A stretch of DNA of 64,000 nt, from assembly GCA_032718475.1 (NCBI GenBank), contig JAUCBJ010007622.1, positions 59,675 to 123,674 of the forward strand. Reading direction: 5' to 3'. The notes below the pieces were generated by a model that worked only from the letters and a program-made list of their open reading frames with translations, did not search any database and was not told the origin of the DNA. A program made the position numbers and the translations under genes. The stretch is from Nemertoderma westbladi. Taxonomy: Eukaryota; Animalia; Xenacoelomorpha. This document shows positions 1 to 11,086 of the stretch, piece by piece (the first letter of the stretch is position 1; every line of letters starts with the position of its first letter).

Positions 1-28
1 TACCGCTAACGAAGTAGAAACTCCTATA

Positions 29-1159
29 GTGAACCCTATTAAGGGTAATTATAGACCTGTTGATAATGACATCCCCTATAGACCTGATCATAATCCGAGA
101 AATTTATATACCGATAACTCGATATTAAATAACACGATGGCCCAAGAAAGTTTTACGCGTCAAATGGCTAGAACCGAAGCCCAGCAAGCGGTGAAGGTGG
201 GAGAGATCGTCAAGTTCAATGGAGATGAGATGAAATGGTTACCTTTTAATGAATATTACAAAGATAACATACAGAACTCTGTACTATCTAATGGAGAGAA
301 ACTTAGATTCCTCATCGAGTGCTTGGAAGGATCTCCCAAGTTAATGGCGTTAAAGTTTATTGGACATCCAGACGGATTAAGACAAGTTTGGGATACATTA
401 AACATCAGGTATGGTAATAGGAATAACATCGCTGGGTATTTGTATGCAAAGTTGGTAGCGCCCCGAAAGTTTATTAGCAGCGGAATTATCGAGTTTTCCG
501 ATGAGATTCAGGAGATCTGTAGACAATTAGATTGGCTAGGTAAGTCTCAGGAGTATCAGAATGCTATGGTTATTAGAGCAGTGGCTTCTACTTTACCGAA
601 GGGTGGAGTAGGTACACGCTGGGATAAGAAAGTGTTATATATGATGGAACAACAACGACGAGACCCTACCATGGCTGATCTCATGTCATTCCTAGATGGA
701 GAAGTGAAATTACAGCTCCTGAAACTGTCCAGAGAGAAGACACCGGAAAACAAGGTAAGTGAAAAACCCGTCTCTAGGAGAAAGGTAACACCAGTGTGTT
801 ATACAGACGACGGCGAAAGCCAGACTTCTCAAGGAGAAGATAGCGGGAAAGACACTGATAGATCTTATTATGTCAATAAAATGCCTAAAGATCAGGTAAG
901 TAAATTCAAGTCTCGAGCAAATGACAGGAGAGAACAGGTAAGAAAAACTCCTCCTACGTCTCCCAAGAGAATTCAGGTGAGAAAGCCCGAAGAAAAGGCA
1001 AGTGGGCACAATGTGACTCAGATTAAGGTGAGTAACATCAAACCAAAATGTACGCTATGTGATGGGACCCATCGCTTGAATATGTGTGATGAATTTCTAA
1101 AGAAATCATTAACTGAGAGACGTGAAGTCATGTGGGACAAGCGGTTGGTTGTGTTATAA
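29..1159 (+). CDS. gag: BEL/Pao Gag (DUF1759-like), continues into pol after a frameshift
   Basis: KFNGD..W..F, EKLRFL, W..L..RYG motifs; knuckle CTLCDGTHRLNMC; removing a duplicated GTTG near 1144-1151 restores KRLCYNCLRQGH. Confidence 0.88.
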   Translation: MNPIKGNYRPVDNDIPYRPDHNPRNLYTDNSILNNTMAQESFTRQMARTEAQQAVKVGEIVKFNGDEMKWLPFNEYYKDNIQNSVLSNGEKLRFLIECLEGSPKLMALKFIGHPDGLRQVWDTLNIRYGNRNNIAGYLYAKLVAPRKFISSGIIEFSDEIQEICRQLDWLGKSQEYQNAMVIRAVASTLPKGGVGTRWDKKVLYMMEQQRRDPTMADLMSFLDGEVKLQLLKLSREKTPENKVSEKPVSRRKVTPVCYTDDGESQTSQGEDSGKDTDRSYYVNKMPKDQVSKFKSRANDRREQVRKTPPTSPKRIQVRKPEEKASGHNVTQIKVSNIKPKCTLCDGTHRLNMCDEFLKKSLTERREVMWDKRLVVL

Positions 1160-4100
1160 TTGCCTCAGACAAGGACATCAACGGCGAACCTGTTACTCAG
1201 ACATAAGGTGTGCAAAGTGTGGTGCGAAACATCATATCTTGTTGCACGCTGAATTCGATCGAAATAGTTCCAATCAGGTAAGTGATTCCGAACTACATGT
1301 CCAATTCAGTGATGTGAACGACACTGATCAATCTGAGATGGAAGGATTCTATACGGACGAGTTCTCCGACGAAAACGAATCCTGTTATATGATAAATACC
1401 GCAGTGTATCGAGCACTCACATATGAAAAGGATACAGACGGCGACTTCACTCTAACCACTTCTGAACGACAACCATCTTGGAAAGAGCCATCTTCCAATG
1501 TAGGGATCCGAGAGTTTCCTGTGGTGCAAGTAAGGGTTCACGGACCTAAGAGGAGTTATGTAGTGAACGCCCTCCTTGACTCCGGTAGTACAGGAACATT
1601 CATCGACAAAGAGCTAGCCGAAGATATATTTGCTGGACAACCCAAGTTCCAAACTAAGCTCAACATGTCCGGCATTATGCAAGTTTGGAAATCTACAATA
1701 ACAGCGGATTATTATGTAGGAGCGTTGTCCACCCCCCAGGACGAACTAGGAGAACATAGCATAAGGTCAGTGAAAATGGTGGCTATAAAGAACTTCGCTA
1801 CTACTCAAGCAGACCTTTATAATTGGGACGAGGATGAGAGCATCCAACATCTTAACATACCTCGATTCCAGACTGATTATCCTGGAGTGCAAATACTCAT
1901 CGGCCAAAACGCGCATGAGGCGCTGGAGACATTAGAGAAACGGCCTGCTCAACCGCAGCCACTACAGACCTATGCGGTAAGAACTAGAGTAGGTTGGTAC
2001 TTTACTGGCCCTTCCCGTAGAACACTCAGAGAAAGACTACCGCAAGAGCGCGTCTACCAGGTGAGTGAATGGGAAGATGATACTAGTGAGGGAGACGATT
2101 TAACTGAGGGAACCCCATACTCCTCAGATAACGACGACGTGCACCAGCTTTTTGATGAGGAGAATACCATCGACCTCCTTAAGGAAAACGAGGCTTGGCA
2201 AAACCAAGTGAACTTATGTCAACTTCTTTATCCATCTGAACGAGAAGCTTATAACGACGAGCTAAATGATGTCATTGAGCGTTGCAATGCCAAGACTCGA
2301 GATGAACATGCCGTACGATTCTTTACGCAAGAGGCGGTAGAGCCCAATTCCTACGATAAAGCCTTGTCAGTGGAAGAGGAAAGGGCCAAGCAGATCCAAG
2401 AGACAACTACACGTTTCCTCAAAGATCAAGGTAGGTATGAAGTCGGTCTACCTTTCCGCAAGAGAGAACCGAAGTTCATCAATAACAGACCCTTGGCGGA
2501 AAAAAGAATCGCGCAACTCCATCGATGCCTTACGGCTAATTCTTCAGCTAAAGCAATGTATCAAACACAGCTGGAGAAATTTATTAGTAAGGGATACGCG
2601 GAGAGAGTACCGGAAGAAACACCTGTGACTGAAAGAATGTATTACTTAACTCACCATTACGTTCCTAAACCCGGTAAGCCACATGAAGTGAGAGTAGTGT
2701 TTGATGGCTCCGCTCTTTACATGGGTCAATCCCTTAACTCTGAATTGTTACCTGGACCCAACTTGCTTCAATCTTTGTTGGGAATTCTTTTAAGATTGAG
2801 ACAATATTCGATTGCTTTCGCCTCCGATATAGAAGGCATGTTCTTACAAGTCAAGGTGTTAGATAGGGATCGAGATAGTCTACGATTTCTGTGGTGGCCC
2901 GAAGGAGACCTCAACCAGAAACCGGTGGAGTACTGGATGACCATCCAGGCCTTTGGGATAATCTCAAGCCCTTCCAACGCCTGTTTGGTAGTGCGTACCA
3001 CTGCAGAGGACAACCGAGAGGCCTTCTCTAAGGAAGTGATCGACAACATCAAGAGAGACATATACATGGACGACAATCTGAAGTCCCTTCCATCAGTTGA
3101 GGAAGCCATTGAGGTCGCTAAAGGAACGGTAGAGTGCTTAAAAAGAGGTGGGTTTCGATTAACGAAATTCACCAGCAACTCCCGTGAGTTTCTGGAGTCG
3201 ATCCCTGCGGAAGATCGAGGGGCGAAAGATCTAGATTTGATCAAAGATGATCTGCCAGAAACCAAGACACTCGGCTTGAAATGGGACACAGAGCGAGATA
3301 TTCTGTTTTTCCAACTAAAACAGCGAGATAATCCAGTTCGAACCAAACGGATTTGCTTAATTATACTGAGCACTTATTTCGATCCATTGGGATTTATTAG
3401 CCCAGTTATATTGATTGCTCGTAGTTTGGTACAACAAATGTGGCTTGAAAACCACTCATGGGACGATCCACTTAAGGGAGAATTATTGAAGAAGTGGATG
3501 AAATGGGAAGATTCTCTGCCGGCTATCGAGGATTTTATAATTTCCCGTTCATATTTTGGTCATGTTCTCCCTACGTATTCCTATCAACTCCATGTGTTTG
3601 GAGACGCCAGCGATATGGGAATAGGTATAGTAGCCTATCTAAGAGTGGAAACTCCGGATGGAATCAAAGTCGCCCTGGTTACTTCTAAGGCATTAATCAA
3701 CAACAAGTTGAAAGTTCCTCGAGCGGAGTTAAAAGCGGCTCTATACGCTACAGCCATCGGCCGGAATGTAACCGAACAGATTGACTATCCATTAGAGAAA
3801 ACTGTCTATTGGACCGACGCTTTACTCGTGTTAGAGTATATAACCAATGAAGTCTGTCAGTTCAGCGTCTTCGTTACCAACAGGGTAGCCATCATACTTA
3901 GTCGCACGACGATGGACCAATGGAGACATTGCCCCGGAATGATTAATCCAGCAGACATCGCTTCCCGAGGAGCGACTCCAAAGGAATTGGTAAATACTCC
4001 CGAATGGTTAGGAGGACCTGACTTTCTCTACAGAGAAGAAGAAGAATGGCCTCCCCATCTCACAACAGCAGAGATCAGACAGGCCAAGGGAGCGGAGAAA

Positions 4101-5948
4101 GTTAAACCCAAAACTCGAGCGAGTAAATCAAAGTTGTTTAAACCTGCGGTTGATCTATCTGTATTATTTACTTCCGGAGAGGATGCTTTGGATCAGAAAC
4201 CCACCGCCACGACTAAAGAAGTCTTGGAAATCCGTGACAAGGATTGGAAATCTGGAATACCAGATATCGCACAAGGACTCTCACCCCTCTTGCAGAGAGC
4301 GATACGTCACTACAGCTCCTGGAATCGGCTCTGTAAAGCCGTCACCTATTTAAAACGATGTTTTCATCATCGTTACTCCGGGACAAAGACCCATAGTGAT
4401 GATGCTCCATCAACATCTGCACGAGTCCATGTTGTTAAAGATCTTCCCCAATACAAGGTATCCGACAGGTTTCTAAAGGAGAAGATCAGTTACCAGGAGC
4501 ATGATGAAACCAACAAACAGATGCTGAGACTCCTACAATGCTATGAGGATCCTGATAAGTATTTCCTGTTGTTAAGAAATCCGCAGATGCGCTTAAGGGA
4601 TCGCTTCTCTAGTACCATGATAGATGGGTTAATACGTGTTGGAGGCAGGCTCACCAACGCCCCCTTATCCTTTGACACTAAGTTTCCCATACTCATTAGA
4701 AATCTTGACATACAAATCAAGATGATTGTAGATGTTCATAGCAAACTGTATCATGCTGGAAGAGAACAAGTTCTGAGCGAAATTCGAACTCGCTACTATT
4801 TTTATAAACCCCGTAGGGCTCTGAACCAAGTTCTTAGGAACTGCATACCCTGTAGGAAAGCATTCAGTAGGCCTTTAACACAGCGAGAGGCAGAATTACC
4901 TAGGGAAAGAGTAAGCTTCTATGAACCACCCTTTACTAATACCGGTGTGGATTTATTTGGCCCTATTGAAGTATATCGTGCCCGGACTATAGTCAAGAGA
5001 TGGTGTGTCATCTTCGTTTGTATGACTTGTAGAGCTATCCATCTCGATATGGTAAACGATCTATCCACCAACAGCTTCGTGTTGAGTTTACGACGACAGA
5101 TCGCTCGTTTCGGAACCAGTAACACGATGAGATCGGATAAGGGAACGAACTTCATTGGCGCCAACAACGAAATTCAAGCTTACGTAAAGGACTGGAACAA
5201 AAGACAGGTGGACGATCAGCTAAAGATAACAGCGTCTAGCTGGACCTTCAACGCCGCCGACGCCCCTTGGTGGGGAGGAAGTTGGGAGAGATTGATTAGG
5301 AGCTTGAAGACTGCGTTCCACTTTATTGTACCTTGTCGCGCTTATCTCACCGACGAACTATTGCGGACGTTAATGGAGGAAATCGCCGCCTATCTCAACG
5401 AAAGACCGCTTATGCCAGTCTCTTCAAGTCCTGATTCCCTGGAAGCGCTAACACCCGCGCACTTTCTACTGAAGAAACCCGTAGCCATGCTCCCACGATC
5501 GGAGATCACAGACGGAGACGAGTACTGCCGTCGAACCTGGCAACTTATGCAGTTGCTATCCCGTCGTTTCGCTGACCATTTCGAGAAACATTACCTGCCC
5601 ACTCTACAACTTCGAACTAAGTGGTTTGCGCAGCAAGAAAACGTCAGCGCTGGAGACATGGTGCTTATTGTGGACCCCGATCTCCCACGTAAGCGATGGC
5701 AAACAGGACGTATCATCGAGACTCATATCTCGAGCAATGGTTTGGTGCGATCAGTAGAGCTCGTCGTCATGCGGCGTAACTTTAAGAAACCAGGGATAGT
5801 CTTTGAGACTCAACAGCTCAATCGCCCAGTGGGTCGTTTATGTTTACTGGAAAGAGACAGAGAGCTCTCCGGAAACTATGGAAGGCAAGAAACTCTTCCC
5901 ACGACCACTTCCCTAATCCAACCGACATCTAGGGACTCCCCAACTTAA
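1122..5948 (+). CDS. pol: BEL/Pao Gag-Pol remainder: zinc knuckles, aspartic protease, RT, RNase H, integrase
   Basis: CYNCLRQGH, LLDSGS, DIEGMF, YMDD, FGDAS, NPADIASRG, HHCC, DLFGP, SDKGTNF, WERL, W..GRI. Confidence 0.95.
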   Translation: MKSCGTSGWLCYNCLRQGHQRRTCYSDIRCAKCGAKHHILLHAEFDRNSSNQVSDSELHVQFSDVNDTDQSEMEGFYTDEFSDENESCYMINTAVYRALTYEKDTDGDFTLTTSERQPSWKEPSSNVGIREFPVVQVRVHGPKRSYVVNALLDSGSTGTFIDKELAEDIFAGQPKFQTKLNMSGIMQVWKSTITADYYVGALSTPQDELGEHSIRSVKMVAIKNFATTQADLYNWDEDESIQHLNIPRFQTDYPGVQILIGQNAHEALETLEKRPAQPQPLQTYAVRTRVGWYFTGPSRRTLRERLPQERVYQVSEWEDDTSEGDDLTEGTPYSSDNDDVHQLFDEENTIDLLKENEAWQNQVNLCQLLYPSEREAYNDELNDVIERCNAKTRDEHAVRFFTQEAVEPNSYDKALSVEEERAKQIQETTTRFLKDQGRYEVGLPFRKREPKFINNRPLAEKRIAQLHRCLTANSSAKAMYQTQLEKFISKGYAERVPEETPVTERMYYLTHHYVPKPGKPHEVRVVFDGSALYMGQSLNSELLPGPNLLQSLLGILLRLRQYSIAFASDIEGMFLQVKVLDRDRDSLRFLWWPEGDLNQKPVEYWMTIQAFGIISSPSNACLVVRTTAEDNREAFSKEVIDNIKRDIYMDDNLKSLPSVEEAIEVAKGTVECLKRGGFRLTKFTSNSREFLESIPAEDRGAKDLDLIKDDLPETKTLGLKWDTERDILFFQLKQRDNPVRTKRICLIILSTYFDPLGFISPVILIARSLVQQMWLENHSWDDPLKGELLKKWMKWEDSLPAIEDFIISRSYFGHVLPTYSYQLHVFGDASDMGIGIVAYLRVETPDGIKVALVTSKALINNKLKVPRAELKAALYATAIGRNVTEQIDYPLEKTVYWTDALLVLEYITNEVCQFSVFVTNRVAIILSRTTMDQWRHCPGMINPADIASRGATPKELVNTPEWLGGPDFLYREEEEWPPHLTTAEIRQAKGAEKVKPKTRASKSKLFKPAVDLSVLFTSGEDALDQKPTATTKEVLEIRDKDWKSGIPDIAQGLSPLLQRAIRHYSSWNRLCKAVTYLKRCFHHRYSGTKTHSDDAPSTSARVHVVKDLPQYKVSDRFLKEKISYQEHDETNKQMLRLLQCYEDPDKYFLLLRNPQMRLRDRFSSTMIDGLIRVGGRLTNAPLSFDTKFPILIRNLDIQIKMIVDVHSKLYHAGREQVLSEIRTRYYFYKPRRALNQVLRNCIPCRKAFSRPLTQREAELPRERVSFYEPPFTNTGVDLFGPIEVYRARTIVKRWCVIFVCMTCRAIHLDMVNDLSTNSFVLSLRRQIARFGTSNTMRSDKGTNFIGANNEIQAYVKDWNKRQVDDQLKITASSWTFNAADAPWWGGSWERLIRSLKTAFHFIVPCRAYLTDELLRTLMEEIAAYLNERPLMPVSSSPDSLEALTPAHFLLKKPVAMLPRSEITDGDEYCRRTWQLMQLLSRRFADHFEKHYLPTLQLRTKWFAQQENVSAGDMVLIVDPDLPRKRWQTGRIIETHISSNGLVRSVELVVMRRNFKKPGIVFETQQLNRPVGRLCLLERDRELSGNYGRQETLPTTTSLIQPTSRDSPT

Positions 5949-6466
5949 TATCGTTCGGAGCGGGCGTGTGACTCTATTATTTTATATTATTTTATTATTT
6001 TTATATTTATGTATGTATTACTATGTAATTTTATTATAATCGTTTTATTTAATTTAGTAGAATATTATTTAGTGATTATTTAGTAGAATAGTGCAATATG
6101 TTCGTGTTCATTGCGTACGTAATTACTTATATTATATTTAGTGCGACGGCGAGAAATAATTATTTTTCTCTTTCCTTACTGTCCGTATTATATTATAAAT
6201 ACGTAACTACAGTAAGATGAAATGTCCGTACTTATTAAAGTACAATAAAGCCACTACTATATTTAAGTATTATTGGTAGGCAGAGTATTAGGAATGCAAA
6301 GTTCAGATCCTCGTGTCTCGGCTAAACCAAGCTCTGGGTAGACCTTGGAAACGACTTGCCTCTTCACACTGACATTGCTGCGTGCGATATTGCTCTCATA
6401 CCGTATATTAAATAATACATATAGTAGCGTGATGTCCCTTTAACAGTAGCGTATAACGCAAAATAA

Positions 6467-6790
6467 ATCTGTTAAACCCTTTGACCATCTGTAATTCTAG
6501 TCGATTAAGATATCGCGGCACCCACTGATATACTTGAAAGACAAATTCTAGAATCAGTGGTTAACGTCCCCAGACAAGTTCTGGAATAAATCGGTGCCCA
6601 TCTCAAATATTAATTATTTAATATTTGCAAATCTAATAAATCAAAATCTGTAAAATTCAGATCCTTCAACAATTCTAGTCCATTAAGATATCGTAGCATT
6701 TACCGATATTCTTAAAAAGACAATTGTCATAGAATTAAGGATCTTGTGTCCCCAGACATGTTCTAGAATCAAAATATGTCCATTTAATTA
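6467..6790 (+). repeat. Diverged ~180-bp direct repeat (2 copies) between pol and the extra ORF
   Basis: AATCTGT..AATTCTAGTC.ATTAAGATATCG..GACAA..GTCCCCAGACA.GTTCT.GAAT occurs at ~6467 and ~6646. Confidence 0.7.
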
Positions 6791-7598
6791 TCAAATAATA
6801 AAATTTCAGGGAATAAATTTAAATTCATGCCTTTTAATGAATTTAACAAATTGCCATTTTTACGCAATTTATAACATTCCCAAAATTCCATTAATTAATA
6901 GATCAAGGGAGCGGAGATTTATCTTATTATGCATATGAGTGTGCGAAAGTCTCCCAAACATAGTCAATAGCCGATAAAATTCATAAAGTCATGTATAAAA
7001 CAGAACATTGACTATTAAAGAATACTATTAAATAACATCCCAGATCTGTATGCATTGGAATTACCCTAATTCTACCGCTAGCTTTGCATAATGTCACCAT
7101 AGCAACAACCACGCTAGAATTAGAATTGAGTTAAAAGAACAATAGAAAGCTTGTCCCATTGAATAGCATAGGGAATAAATAGCGCACTACTAGTATCCAA
7201 GGATACATAATAATACAGTGACATTCTGGAAGGCATTGACTAACGGACAAATGGCCCGAATGTGCGTAGTTGTGACCAGTTGTGTGGTATTTGTGAGTTT
7301 ATAGGTGAATGTTACTGCTAAAGTGTGTTTACAGTAGCTAGTCGCAATCGTGAAAGTAACCTAACTCTCCAAGGAAAACCTGAAGTACATCTAAGCCTTT
7401 GGGACGGACAGTTGAGTGACTTGTGCCGGTTATCGTTGTCGTTGTACAGCTACGTCGTTGGCGAAAGTATAGCGACAGCGGTACATCGGCGCTGAGAATC
7501 TCATACTGTCCGGGGGCAAGGGAGAAGTAGGCAGCGACGCCCGCTCGCCTAATAAATATATAAACTCATTATAATATTGGTGAACTCGTATAGCAGAT

Positions 7599-7997
7599 AT
7601 GACTGAATTAATAGAAGATGATCTTGGTATCAGGGAGAGATATATTCTACCTTTACAAGCGTTTGTCGATAGCTTGATACGCGGCGACGCTGATCCAACT
7701 ACTACGGAGGACGATGGTCGTTATATCGAACCGCCAATGTCCCAGGAGCAACTTACGCGTGAATTGGACTATAGAAAATTCACTGCTCGCTATACGCATC
7801 GTAATGGTACGTATATGGACTTCTTGACCACTGGTCATCCTATTGATTTACACGACACCGACGATGTAGACACCGAAAGGGAAATGGTTTTATTTAAATA
7901 TCATACCCAGCGGAGTCGAAACGATAAATCGAGAATAGAACACGAGAACTCTATTCGAAATCAGCTCGAAAGAAAGGACGTGGAAGAAGGCTTGTAA
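7599..7997 (+). CDS. Unknown 132-aa ORF, possibly the N-terminal piece of the BEL#1 extra gene
   Basis: ATG-initiated ORF with TATATAAA ~40 bp upstream; lies upstream of the exonuclease remnant. Confidence 0.35.
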   Translation: MTELIEDDLGIRERYILPLQAFVDSLIRGDADPTTTEDDGRYIEPPMSQEQLTRELDYRKFTARYTHRNGTYMDFLTTGHPIDLHDTDDVDTEREMVLFKYHTQRSRNDKSRIEHENSIRNQLERKDVEEGL

Positions 7998-8639
7998 AGA
8001 CAAATATAGGCGAACCACTGGAGAGGAGACATGGGTTAATGTCCAGGGTCCATGATGTGAATAGTTTTCCCCGGGGCACGGGTCTCGCGGGCGGTCTCCT
8101 TCGGGAGGCTGTAAATTTCTCTTCCTTCATCGTTTTCCTGTAATTATTGTGATCAGTGTCACAATTAAAAGACAAGAATGAATGATGACGTAACGGAAAG
8201 CTCGTCCATTGTGGTATCTTATGGATACTACCATATATCCTTCCTCCTCTTTACTCACTTTATCCCTCTATACATCGCTATTGAAAATACGACATACTTC
8301 CCCCCATCTTCTCTTCTCAACGCGCTCGGAGCTTCGGGAAACGAACACTAAACCTCCCATCCCTTACTGTTTATTTGTATGCTAATATTGGTGTCCGCAC
8401 CTCCTGTCCCTGTACCATTCTGTTGATATTTATGATATCAACTTTCACCATTGTTGTTGATTTGATTAGAAAATCAACCACTTCCTAATTTCCTCAAGTC
8501 CACAACCGTGATACAAGGACTGAAAGGACACGCGGATAGTTGTGAACAACTGGTACCATTATGCGTCATAAATTCGGTTGTTCACCTCCCTCGGTGATTG
8601 GAGATATAAATCTTGTAATCTTATGTAGAACAACTGAAG

Positions 8640-8897
8640 CATTGAACTGGTTGTTCCCTCATCGCACTGGGGATAAATTCAGTTGGAGATAGTCCTCGCA
8701 TGTTACAATCCTCCTACTGATATCGTATTTCGGAATATTTCTGAATACGACATAGGTCTTCCCCTGCTCTTTACCACTACCATCAATGGAAGACATATTA
8801 GGCATACGACTTTCGGAATATGGAGAACATTCCATACCCCTTCGTTGATACTCAGCTGATTGCTCCTTGAGCAGAAGGCCGAGGTTTCTTTCGCACT
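8640..8897 (+). pseudogene. Degraded DEDDy exonuclease-like 5' part of the BEL#1 extra ORF
   Basis: Manual translation across a frameshift near 8805 gives GRHIRH-DFRNMENIPYPFVDTQ, aligning with GSAIREDAERIIGPDATNLLDMQ of BEL#2; in-frame TGA at 8868. Confidence 0.6.
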
Positions 8898-10595
8898 ATG
8901 TATGCCAATACACCCAGCGACATTACTAAAGTACAACGGACATCCATCGGACATCTTGCCTTTCAAGAATATGGATGGAATTTCAAAGTTGGAAATCCTA
9001 CCAATTACCAGCAAGTATATGGAGATCATTACTCTCGTTTATATTTTGATGGACCATTAACTGCGCCTGGTGCCGTATATAGCTTTATGAGTGTTCCACT
9101 TCGTCCTTCCTTAGCTATATACACGATCTTTGAAAACGCAGCACTTGCCGGTTGGCTAGCCGATGTGTGCAGTCGTACCATACGCGCTCATCCCTTAATA
9201 CTTGGAACTAAACTCGCCAAGTTAGACGAACACAATAAGTTCATACGTTTCGAATGTTTCCGGCGCTTTCTGACTCCGTTCCGTAACGTCGATAGTCAGT
9301 TCAAGGACCGCGCGCTGACCAAACTCAGTCTGAGAGACTCAGCTGCGGAGAAACTGAGTAGCGCTGGATTTGCCGTTTTTCAAGACGTTTGTATACAGAA
9401 CCTACATTCATCCGTTATACAAAGACCCCGAATATCTACAGGTTATTCTGTCGTGGAAATACAGACAGTGGGTCCACTTACGGAGACCGACGCACCCACT
9501 TCGTCTATACAGCTGGAGGATGAACCAGTATGCTTGGAATCAGAAGCGATTCAACCTACAGCTTCCCGGAGCAGTGACAATGATTATGTCATAGAGTGGT
9601 ATCAAGGTCCACAGCGTCTCACAGCGTACGATTATCGACACGCCAACTACGTTTCTCGAAAACGTTGTCGATTATGCGCATCGAGAGACCACTTCACTCC
9701 TCTAGACTCGAGCGTACCTTGTTCCTATTTCCTCGAACAACCGATGATGGAAATATATTGTGCTTATTGCCGGCTTAATAACTCTCATATATTTGCCGTC
9801 TGCCCACAATTTATGACTCAATGTCACTACTGTCAACTTAAAGGACATGAAAGTTACAATTGTCCCTTTAATCGCGATTTAGAGAGCGTAGACGAGATGA
9901 TCACCCTGCGATACATCCGAGCTTGGGAAGCGAACGCAGATTTACATTGCGAATCCCGACATCGCTATTACCCTGGACGAGCTTACGAGGGAGTTTACGC
10001 GTTCCATCCTTATCTATTCGCGTCGATTGAACAGAAAACACGCGTACCAAGTTACGAGTTAATGAAGCGTGTTGGTGAGTGTATTTCCACCAAGTTTGTC
10101 AGGAAATACCTTAGAAACGTTAACCCTAATGATATAACCACATATCACCTGATCAATTTTATCCGTCAGGACCCTGAGTATGGCGACATCTTTGTGAACT
10201 CGCATCCTGAACTACAGGAAATATCTCGGCGACCATATGAATATCGAACCCGAGAACGCGAGCTGGAGAGAACCATTAAACCGAGAAAGTTCCTCACCAC
10301 TCACGGTCCACCCACCGCTAGTGTCCAGACGACCCGTCAAGGACCCGTAGGAGCTGCTGTCCTGAGACGCGCTCTAAAGGCCGTTAGACCTCGCTCCACT
10401 GAGGTTGATATTAATCAACCAGGTACTTCGACCGGCGGGTATACCGATCGTAACCCTGCACCTTCTGATGCAATTATATTGCACCCTTCGCCTAGGAGCT
10501 ACAGCCCTCCTCGTAAAGTGGCTCGCCCCAAAGAGAAAAGGACTCTTGCTAGCTTTAAAAAACTGCGTAAACGCCGTCCGCGCAAGAAAGACTAA
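8898..10595 (+). CDS. BEL#1 extra ORF: exonuclease C-terminal part, three zinc knuckles, basic tail
   Basis: CRLCASRDH, CAYCRLNNSHIFAVC, CHYCQLKGHESYNC; collinear with 25028-27570; KKLRKRRPRKKD NLS-like end. Confidence 0.8.
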   Translation: MYANTPSDITKVQRTSIGHLAFQEYGWNFKVGNPTNYQQVYGDHYSRLYFDGPLTAPGAVYSFMSVPLRPSLAIYTIFENAALAGWLADVCSRTIRAHPLILGTKLAKLDEHNKFIRFECFRRFLTPFRNVDSQFKDRALTKLSLRDSAAEKLSSAGFAVFQDVCIQNLHSSVIQRPRISTGYSVVEIQTVGPLTETDAPTSSIQLEDEPVCLESEAIQPTASRSSDNDYVIEWYQGPQRLTAYDYRHANYVSRKRCRLCASRDHFTPLDSSVPCSYFLEQPMMEIYCAYCRLNNSHIFAVCPQFMTQCHYCQLKGHESYNCPFNRDLESVDEMITLRYIRAWEANADLHCESRHRYYPGRAYEGVYAFHPYLFASIEQKTRVPSYELMKRVGECISTKFVRKYLRNVNPNDITTYHLINFIRQDPEYGDIFVNSHPELQEISRRPYEYRTRERELERTIKPRKFLTTHGPPTASVQTTRQGPVGAAVLRRALKAVRPRSTEVDINQPGTSTGGYTDRNPAPSDAIILHPSPRSYSPPRKVARPKEKRTLASFKKLRKRRPRKKD

Positions 10596-10673
10596 CTGTT
10601 TAGAGTATTTATGTATATTAGAAATTGTGATTTTGTATATTTTATAGACTTAAATCCCATTTTCTGGGAGCGG

Positions 10674-11086
10674 TGTAAAAGCTTTTGTGGGATAACTGAT
10701 TCGTTTGCCTTGCTAACCAGTTCCCCCCAGGCGCTGGAATACTCTAAAAAGGGATCTATAACTCGAATAGCGCAAGCTACCGGCTGATTGGCTGATTCGC
10801 TGTGCGAAGGGATCTGGGCTACGTTTGATTGTCCAACCAGCTTGGGAAAGTTGCCCCACAGCCCTGCTTTCTGTATCTGCCAATAGGATTTGAGTTGATT
10901 TTGATTTCGACCTATCACAGATCTACTGAACTGAATTTTCCTATCTGTATGCTCTTTCTCTGTGGTGGGTGGAAGCTTTTGTAAATAAGGTTATTCTTAT
11001 CAGTTTTCAGTGTTGTTGGTCTTTCTTTCCTGAGCCAGGAGAGAACGGCTTGGAAATATTTTGTGCTTTTCTGTTTTAGTCTAACA
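10674..11086 (+). repeat. Probable 3' LTR of BEL#1
   Basis: Starts TGT directly after GGGAGCGG and ends CTAACA; the partner LTR is outside the window, so the right end is inferred. Confidence 0.6.

Larger units (their letters stand above)
1..11086 (+). mobile_element. BEL/Pao LTR retrotransposon #1 (5' end outside window)
   Basis: Gag, protease, RT, RNase H, integrase order with BEL-type motifs; an extra 3' ORF; a purine tract followed by a TGT...ACA candidate LTR. Confidence 0.93.

Noticed and set aside
1140-1160. Programmed gag-pol ribosomal frameshift in BEL#1
   Set aside because: No slippery heptamer; a 4-bp GTTG duplication explains it, and BEL elements normally have one ORF
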